This document shows positions 56,170 to 64,000 of a stretch of DNA of 64,000 nucleotides, piece by piece. The notes under the pieces are model-generated. The model was given only the letters and a program-made list of their open reading frames with translations, ran no database searches and was not told the origin of the DNA. Source of the DNA: Rhizobium sp. Q54 (GTDB lineage Bacteria > Pseudomonadota > Alphaproteobacteria > UBA2966 > CAIVPW01); contig CAMEYM010000007.1 of assembly GCA_945947575.1 (NCBI GenBank), positions 26,862 to 90,861 of the forward strand. Reading direction: 5' to 3'. Numbering within the stretch: position 1 is the stretch's first letter; every line of letters begins with the position of its first letter. The position numbers and the translations under genes were made by a program.

Positions 56170-57123
56170 CTACCGCGGGCTTTGTGGCACGCGCAGCCCC
56201 AGCCAGATGATCAGTCCAGGCAACCCGGCGACGAACACCACCACACCAAACAGAACCGACGTGACTAGGGCCTGTTCCGGCGGCAGTCCCATCAGCCCAT
56301 AGAGGCCGATCATCACCACCTCACGCACGCCCCAACCGGCCATGGAGATTGGGATCGAGACGGCCAGCACCAGAGGGCCGGCGATCGCGATCGCCCGTGA
56401 CAAATCGAGGTCGTCGCAGCCGCACGTCGCGGCGTTCAGGAGAAACAGCGTTATTCCGACGAGGACAACAATCGGCACCGACGCAACGATCGCGAAGAGG
56501 ACGGCGCGCAGCTTGATGCGCACGCCCAACAGCGGCGCTAGCAACCTCGACGCTCGCGATCGCAATCCTCGTGACGACGGGTCAATCCAGGCATCCGGCC
56601 GCGGAATCAGGTTCACCAGGTAGAGGACGAGGAGTCCTCCTGGAACCGCGAGCGCTAGCAGCAGCAGGACCGCACTCCACACCGCCGGAAAAATCAGGCC
56701 AAACGGCTGAAAAAGGACGACTGCCGCAGCGTACAGGATGACGCTGCTGTACCCCGCGAAGCGATCGAGGACCGTGGCAGTCAGGACGTTGGGGGCGGGT
56801 GCACCTTGGCGGACGGCGTAGACGATGCGGGCCGCGTCGCCGCCCAGCGTCGAGGGCAGACCGGAATTGAAGAATTGGGTGACAAAGAGGAGGGCCGTTG
56901 CCTGACGAAGGCTGAGCGGCGCGACGTGCGCCACCATCAGGCGCCGCCATCGGAACGCGTTGACGGTGGTTGCAGCCATCATGGTAGCCGGCGCCAGCAG
57001 AAGGCGAAGGGGGTCGACTGAGTCAACGGAGGCGAAGGCGGCGCCGAAGTCGATGCCCCGGGTCGCCAGCCACAGCAGGCCCACGGACGCAGCGACCTTG
57101 ATGGCGAAGAGCGCCACGGTCAT
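56170..57123 (-). CDS. Lysylphosphatidylglycerol synthase TM / UPF0104 flippase-like protein
   Basis: RWRRL, FFNSGLPSTLGGD..R, DR, PISMAGWGVRE. Confidence 0.85.
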   Translation of the reverse strand: MTVALFAIKVAASVGLLWLATRGIDFGAAFASVDSVDPLRLLLAPATMMAATTVNAFRWRRLMVAHVAPLSLRQATALLFVTQFFNSGLPSTLGGDAARIVYAVRQGAPAPNVLTATVLDRFAGYSSVILYAAAVVLFQPFGLIFPAVWSAVLLLLALAVPGGLLVLYLVNLIPRPDAWIDPSSRGLRSRASRLLAPLLGVRIKLRAVLFAIVASVPIVVLVGITLFLLNAATCGCDDLDLSRAIAIAGPLVLAVSIPISMAGWGVREVVMIGLYGLMGLPPEQALVTSVLFGVVVFVAGLPGLIIWLGLRVPQSPR

Positions 57124-57351
57124 TCCCGAGCGGCGCTGCGGCGCACCACCGGCGATCTCTGACGTGCCCATCAGGGGTTCATTCGTCCGTGTCGGCGGCG
57201 AGTAGCGGGGGGTGCGACAGCAGCGTCGGCGTTGACGTCACGCCCAATGCGCCGGCGCGGCCCCGAAGGTAGTTCCGTGATGGCCAAACGTCCACCGCGG
57301 CATGCGCCGTCGCACGGGAGCGCCCTTGCGGTCGTGCGGTGGACCGCATAG

Positions 57352-59019
<1,668 letters not shown>

Positions 59020-59085
59020 TTGGCTGGGCGAGCCGCGGTTGACACCGGCGGCCGATGCCCATACACGATGCGCTCCCCAGCGCGC

Positions 59086-60357
59086 ATGTCAGCTCCTTCG
59101 GCACCTCAACAGATCGCTGTAATTGGCCTCGGCTACGTGGGCTTGCCGCTCGCAGTCGCGTTGGCGCGCAAGTACCGCGTGGTCGGCTACGACCTCAGCG
59201 AACGCCGCGTGGCCTCCCTGCGCACGGGCCACGATTGGACGCACGAGGTCGCCGACGCGGACGTCGCGGCCACCACCTGCCGCTTCGAGTCCTCCGCTAA
59301 GGCGATGGCGGGCAGCGACATCTTCATCGTCGCGGTGCCGACCCCGGTTGACGACAAGCGCAAGCCCGACTTCGGACCGATCGTCGGCGCCTGCGAGGCG
59401 GTCGGCCCATTGCTGAAGCCCGGCAACATCGTGTGCTTCGAGAGCACCGTGTACCCCGGTGCCACCGAGGAGATTTGCGCGCCGCTGCTCGAGCGCACCT
59501 CGGGCCTGAAATGCGGCAAGGATTTCTGGCTGGGCTACTCGCCGGAGCGCATCAATCCGGGCGACCCGGTCCACACGCTCTCCAGCATCGTCAAGGTCGT
59601 CGCCGGACAGACTCCGGAAGTCGGCAAGGTGCTTGCCGAGGTCTACGGCGCCATCACCAAGGCGGGGGTGTTCATGGCGCGCGACATCGCCACCGCCGAG
59701 GCCGCCAAGGTCATCGAGAACGCGCAGCGCGACATCAACATCGCGTTCATCAACGAGGTGACGCAGATCTTCAATCGCCTCGGCCTGTCGATTTACGACG
59801 TGCTCGACGCCGCCAACACCAAGTGGAACTTTCTGAATTTCCGCCCGGGCTTGGTCGGCGGCCACTGCATCGGCGTCGATCCGTATTACCTGGCCGACCG
59901 CGCCATCCAGGTCGGCTACGACCCGACGGTGGTGCTCGCCGGCCGGCGCACCAACGACGGCATGGGTGCGTGGCTCGCCGAGTGCATCGCCAAGCAGCTG
60001 GCGCCGGGCGCCAAGGTCCTGGTGCTTGGGCTGACCTTCAAAGAGAACGTCCCCGATCTGCGCAATTCCGGCGTCGCCGGCGTGGTCGAGGGCCTGCGCG
60101 CCGCCGGCCATCTGGTCTCGGTGCACGACGCGTTTGCCGATGCGGCCGAGGCGAAGCACGAGTACGGTATCGACTTGCTGCCGAAGCTCGACGGCGCCTA
60201 CGACGCCGTCGTCGCCGCCGTCGCGCACAAGCCGTACGTCGAGTTCGACGCCAAGCGCCTGGCGGCGCTCATGCCGCGCGGTGGCCTCGTCGCCGACATC
60301 AAGGGCATCTGGCGCCACGTCAAGTTCGCCGAGCCGCTACGGGTCTGGCGTCCCTGA
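59086..60357 (+). CDS. UDP-HexNAc 6-dehydrogenase (WbpO/TviB family)
   Basis: GLGYVG, ESTVYPG, SPERINPG, GGHCIGVDP, FKENVPDLRNS. Confidence 0.92.
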   Translation: MSAPSAPQQIAVIGLGYVGLPLAVALARKYRVVGYDLSERRVASLRTGHDWTHEVADADVAATTCRFESSAKAMAGSDIFIVAVPTPVDDKRKPDFGPIVGACEAVGPLLKPGNIVCFESTVYPGATEEICAPLLERTSGLKCGKDFWLGYSPERINPGDPVHTLSSIVKVVAGQTPEVGKVLAEVYGAITKAGVFMARDIATAEAAKVIENAQRDINIAFINEVTQIFNRLGLSIYDVLDAANTKWNFLNFRPGLVGGHCIGVDPYYLADRAIQVGYDPTVVLAGRRTNDGMGAWLAECIAKQLAPGAKVLVLGLTFKENVPDLRNSGVAGVVEGLRAAGHLVSVHDAFADAAEAKHEYGIDLLPKLDGAYDAVVAAVAHKPYVEFDAKRLAALMPRGGLVADIKGIWRHVKFAEPLRVWRP

Positions 60358-61679
60358 GCGGCCGGCGGCCGCAACACTTCGCGCTCGCCCTCTATGCGGC
60401 CGCGGCGACTATCGCCGCACCGCTCCTCGCCCGCCACCTCCGCCGCCGTGCCGCCGAGGGCAAGGAGGATGCCGCCCGCCTCGGCGAGCGTCTCGGCCGC
60501 GCCTCGGCGCTTCGCCCGCCCGGGCCGCTGGTCTGGGTCCACGCCGCCAGCGTCGGCGAATCCCTCTCCGTGCTGCCCCTCCTGGCCGAGATCCGCCGGC
60601 GCTGGCCCGCGCTCGCGATCGTCGTCACCAGCGGCACGCCGACCTCGGCCGCGGCCCTGGCCGCACGCATGCCGCCCGGCGTTGCGCATCAGTACGCGCC
60701 GATCGACACGCCTGCCGCGGTGCGCGCGTTCCTGGCGCATTGGCGCCCCAGCGTTGCCTTGTGGGTGGAGTCCGAGCTGTGGCCAAACACCCTCGGCGCG
60801 CTCCGCCGCGCCGGCGTGCCGGTCATCCTGGTCAACGCGCGCCTCTCGGATCGTTCCTTCCGGCGCTGGCAGCGCATTCCCGCCGTCGCGCGCACAGTGC
60901 TCGACGCGTTCGCCGCCGTACTTGCGCAGTCTGCGGCCGACGCCACACGCTTCCAGGCGCTCGGTGCGTCGAACGTGCAAACCGCCGGCAACCTCAAGCT
61001 CGCCGGCGAGGACCTGCCTGCCGACCCGGCGCTTCTGCACGCGGCGCGCGCCTTGCTGGGCGAGCGTCCGCGGTGGCTTGCCGCGAGCACGCATCCCGGC
61101 GAGGAGGACATCGTTGCCGCGGCGCACGCGCAGCTGGCGTCGCTACATCCCGCTCTGCTCACGGTGATCGTGCCGCGACATCCCGCGCGCGGAGCCGAGA
61201 TCGCGGCAACGCTCACGGCGCGCGGCCTCGGCGTCGCGCTGCGCTCCCGCCAGGAAGTGCCCGGCCCGCGCACTGCCGCCTACGTCGCCGACACGCTCGG
61301 CGAGCTCGGTTTATGGTACCGGCTGTGTCCGATCAGCCTGGTGGGCGGGTCGCTCGTCGCGCACGGCGGCCACAACCCGATCGAACCGGCTCGGCTCGGC
61401 TGCGCCGTGCTCGCCGGCCGTCACGTACACAATTTCCAGTCGGTGACCGAGGATCTGGTCCAGGCCGGTGCCGCCACCCTGGTCGAGGCCCCGTCTCAGC
61501 TCGCCGAGGTAGTCGGGGGCCTTCTGGCCGACCCCGGCCGCGTCGCGCGGATGGGCGAGGCAGGGCGCCGCTTTGCCGCAAGCCAGGGCGACGTGCTGCC
61601 CCGGGCCGTAGCGGCGCTGGAGGCTTGGCTCGCCCCGGCAGCGACGGGAAACGGGGCGGGCCCGCTTTCTTTGCGATGA
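60354..61679 (+). CDS. waaA: 3-deoxy-D-manno-octulosonate (Kdo) transferase
   Basis: ERLG, WVHAASVGE, ESELWPN, NARLS, GNLK, ASTHPGEE, PRHP, GGHNPIEP; start probably CTG 60354. Confidence 0.92.
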   Translation: MSGRRPQHFALALYAAAATIAAPLLARHLRRRAAEGKEDAARLGERLGRASALRPPGPLVWVHAASVGESLSVLPLLAEIRRRWPALAIVVTSGTPTSAAALAARMPPGVAHQYAPIDTPAAVRAFLAHWRPSVALWVESELWPNTLGALRRAGVPVILVNARLSDRSFRRWQRIPAVARTVLDAFAAVLAQSAADATRFQALGASNVQTAGNLKLAGEDLPADPALLHAARALLGERPRWLAASTHPGEEDIVAAAHAQLASLHPALLTVIVPRHPARGAEIAATLTARGLGVALRSRQEVPGPRTAAYVADTLGELGLWYRLCPISLVGGSLVAHGGHNPIEPARLGCAVLAGRHVHNFQSVTEDLVQAGAATLVEAPSQLAEVVGGLLADPGRVARMGEAGRRFAASQGDVLPRAVAALEAWLAPAATGNGAGPLSLR

Positions 61680-61766
61680 GGCGCCGCGTCCGGCCGATCC
61701 CGCGGGAGAGCGTTGGTCGCCAAGATGGGTTTGGCGTATGGTGGCCGCGGGGGACCTGACGCACGC

Positions 61767-62807
61767 ATGCTCGTAAGCTTGTTCTTCGCCGCAGCGGCGG
61801 CGCTCGCCATTTGCCTGGCAGCCCACCCGATTGCGCGCGCCCTCGGCGTCATGGACATCCCGGATGGCCGGCGCAAGCTGCACGCCCGTCCAACGCCCGA
61901 GGTGGGGGGCATCGCCGTCGGCGTGCCGCTGCTCGCGGTGCTGCTTTGGCTCGCGTTCTCGACCATGCTGCAACCGCTATTCCTCGCCCTCACGGCCGCC
62001 ATCGCCGCGTTCCTCCTGTTGGGGTTCGTCGACGACCGCAGCCACGTGCGCCCGATGTACCGCCTGATCGCCGCAGTCGGTGTCAGCGGCCTGCTGCTGT
62101 GGTGGATGCCTGCCGAGCGCATCGCGTTCTTCCGTTTCACCTTCCTCGACGTAGCGCTGTTTCCCGAGCCGCTGATTGCATCGGCGTTCACCGTGCTGTG
62201 CATCGTTGGGCTGCAGAACGCCCTCAACATGGCGGACGGCAAGAACGGTCTCGCGGTCGGGCTGCTGTTAACCTGGACCGTGCTGTTGCTTGGCTACGCG
62301 CCGCCCGACATCGTGCCGGCCCTCACCGCCCTGATCGGGGCGCTCGCCGTGGTGCTCGCCTTCAACCTGCGCGGCGCAGTCTTCCTCGGCGACGCCGGCA
62401 CCTACGGCCTCAGTGTCGCCGTCGCCCTATTTGCGCTCTACACCTACGGGGTGAGCTTCCCCGAACTGCATGCCGACGTCGTCGCGCTGTGGTTCCTGAT
62501 TCCGGTTGTCGATGCGCTGCGCCTCATCGCCACGCGCATCATGAGCGGCCTGTCGCCATTCTCCGCCGACCGCCGCCACTTCCATCACGTCCTGCAGGCG
62601 ACCTTGCCGGGTTTGCCTTCTGGGGGACGGCTCGGGCTGTACCTCGGCCTCGTCGCCGTGCCGGGCGCCCTGGCGATCTCGTATCCCGAGTTCACCCTGT
62701 TGTGGGGCCTGCTGGCGCTCTCGGCCTACGGCACCCTGCTGGTGTTGGCGCGCCTGCCCGTCGCGCGCGCCAGCAACGCCCACCTCGGATCGCAGTCCCA
62801 CACCTAG
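61767..62807 (+). CDS. MraY/WecA-family polyprenyl-phosphate HexNAc-1-P transferase
   Basis: D.P..RKLH..PTP..GG, GFVDD, NALNMADGKNG, FLGDAG, ADRRHFHH. Confidence 0.9.
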   Translation: MLVSLFFAAAAALAICLAAHPIARALGVMDIPDGRRKLHARPTPEVGGIAVGVPLLAVLLWLAFSTMLQPLFLALTAAIAAFLLLGFVDDRSHVRPMYRLIAAVGVSGLLLWWMPAERIAFFRFTFLDVALFPEPLIASAFTVLCIVGLQNALNMADGKNGLAVGLLLTWTVLLLGYAPPDIVPALTALIGALAVVLAFNLRGAVFLGDAGTYGLSVAVALFALYTYGVSFPELHADVVALWFLIPVVDALRLIATRIMSGLSPFSADRRHFHHVLQATLPGLPSGGRLGLYLGLVAVPGALAISYPEFTLLWGLLALSAYGTLLVLARLPVARASNAHLGSQSHT

Positions 62808-62844
62808 CGGCGGTACTCTCCCCGGGTGCCTGCTACAGGCAGCG

Positions 62845-62881
62845 TTGCCGCCCGCGCCGCGCTCGGCCTAAAGTGCGCCGC
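62845..62881 (+). promoter_or_regulatory. Sigma70-like promoter of tRNA-Gln with GC-rich discriminator
   Basis: TTGCCG-18 nt-TAAAGT followed by GCGCCGC. Confidence 0.45.
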
Positions 62882-62900
62882 TCTTTCACCACACGAGTCT

Positions 62901-62975
62901 TGGGGCGTAGCCAAGCGGTAAGGCACCGGATTTTGATTCCGGCATTCCGAGGTTCGAATCCTCGCGCCCCAGCCA
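62901..62975 (+). tRNA. tRNA-Gln (anticodon TTG), encoded CCA
   Basis: TGGGGCG acceptor stem, AGCCAAGCGGTAAGGC D-arm, CCGGA-ttTTGat-TCCGG, GGTTCGAATCC T-arm, CCA end. Confidence 0.97.
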
Positions 62976-62991
62976 CTCCACAGGCAAGCTA

Positions 62992-63624
62992 TCACGCGCA
63001 CGACGCCGTGGGCCCGCCCGTCGGTGCGGCTCCAACCTCGTGGAAAGCTTGCGCGCTCGCGCGCCAGCCGAAGAATCGGAACAGGTCCGCGGCGCCGAAA
63101 GTTTCCTTCTCGCCGACCGCGACCCACAGCTTGCCTGGGCGCGCATCCGGATCCCAGGCGACGATGTAGCCGCTGCCCGATGAGGGCAGCGTCAGCGTGC
63201 GCTCGACAACAATCCACGAATCGGTGCCGGTAAATGGCTCGTGGAAGGCTCGAGATATTTCAGCGCTCAGCACCTCAACGCCCATTCCCACCGGGATGGC
63301 GAACGGGAACTGGCGCTGCGGAGGCGGCAGGCCGGGGGCGACAACGGCGAGGGTGGGACGATATCGCTCCAGCCGATCGATCTTGGGAACGCCGAGTTGC
63401 ACGAACAACCCCTTGCCAGGTTCCGGTGCGTTGAAGCGCAGCCAGAGCTGGCGATCGTCGCACGTGATCTCGTGGTAGACGACGATGGAGTGATCGATGT
63501 TCTGCACGGGATAGGCCCGGTCCGGCCCGCCGTACTGTCCATTGCTGAACGAAGGCTTGTGCGCACTGGCGGGCGACGCGACAGAGGCCGCCAAAGCCAG
63601 AGCAAACACGTGCCAAATGCGCAT
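62992..63624 (-). CDS. Hypothetical secreted/periplasmic protein
   Basis: Sec-type signal MRIWHVFALALAASVASPASA-H; 210-aa ORF. Confidence 0.7.
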   Translation of the reverse strand: MRIWHVFALALAASVASPASAHKPSFSNGQYGGPDRAYPVQNIDHSIVVYHEITCDDRQLWLRFNAPEPGKGLFVQLGVPKIDRLERYRPTLAVVAPGLPPPQRQFPFAIPVGMGVEVLSAEISRAFHEPFTGTDSWIVVERTLTLPSSGSGYIVAWDPDARPGKLWVAVGEKETFGAADLFRFFGWRASAQAFHEVGAAPTGGPTASCA

Positions 63625-63639
63625 GAGATCGTCCTTCCG

Positions 63640-64000
63640 CTAGGGGTTCACGATGAGCGCGAGCTGGTGCAGGTCGATGCTGCGTGCCCGGAATCCGCCC
63701 TCGCAGTAGGCGAGGTAGAAGTCCCACAGGCGACGGAAGCGGGCGTCGAAGCCGAGTGCCCCGACGCGCGGGAGCGCTGCTCGATATCGCGTCCGCCACT
63801 CCGCGAGGGTGCGCGCGTAGTCGCCGCCGTGTCGCGTGTTGGCGGTGATGGCAAAGCCGGCCTCTGCCGCGTGGTGGGCTAGCTTGGAGGGCGAAGGCAA
63901 CATCCCGCCGGGGAAGACTCGAGTCTGGATGAAATCCGGGTCGCGCCGATATTCGTCGAACAGGGCGTCATCGATGGTGATGACTTGAAGGGCTGCTCGG
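63640..64000 (-). CDS. cfa: Cyclopropane-fatty-acyl-phospholipid synthase, 3' part; runs off the right edge
   Basis: LQVITI, DFIQ..VFPGGMLPS, DYARTLAEW, RLWDFYLAYCEGGF. Confidence 0.9.
   Translation of the reverse strand, partial: RAALQVITIDDALFDEYRRDPDFIQTRVFPGGMLPSPSKLAHHAAEAGFAITANTRHGGDYARTLAEWRTRYRAALPRVGALGFDARFRRLWDFYLAYCEGGFRARSIDLHQLALIVNP

Noticed and set aside
59433-61679. 748-aa ORF as a giant WaaA fusion
   Set aside because: The N-terminal 307 codons are an off-frame overlap of the dehydrogenase gene with Arg/Pro-rich nonsense composition.
62901-62975. tRNA-Gln as the integration site of the island
   Set aside because: It lies about 7 kb away beyond core genes, and I found no duplicate of its 3' end near the island.

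Overview
GC-rich window, most likely alphaproteobacterial (inferred from the style of pgm, waaA and the integrase). It has four parts. (1) 1-31.1 kb: a tightly coupled minus-strand run of 30 genes for nonulosonic-acid glycan synthesis. It holds both a pseudaminic-type set (pseB/C/G/H/I/F-like) and a GDP-route legionaminic-type set (legB/C, neuC, neuB, neuA, CBS-nucleotidyltransferase), plus many tailoring enzymes, two orphan transferase candidates and an ABC flippase-like gene. (2) 31.3-47.3 kb: glycan decoration modules with three GT-C-type membrane proteins, each near a lipid-donor system (UbiA+HAD, GT2, GtrAB), plus a sulfotransferase, a Tat-peptide/GMC pair, and a broken GT2/asnB junction. 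(3) 48.1-56.1 kb: a capsid-less phage-related island with tyrosine integrase, XRE, Gp157, Rad52/Sak-DUF968, terminase large subunit, DUF5681 and ParB-DNA methyltransferase, followed by decayed fragments. (4) 56.2-64 kb: core envelope genes (pgm, UDP-sugar dehydrogenase, waaA, wecA-like), tRNA-Gln(TTG), and the 3' end of cfa. All family assignments come from motif recognition by eye; no searches were run.
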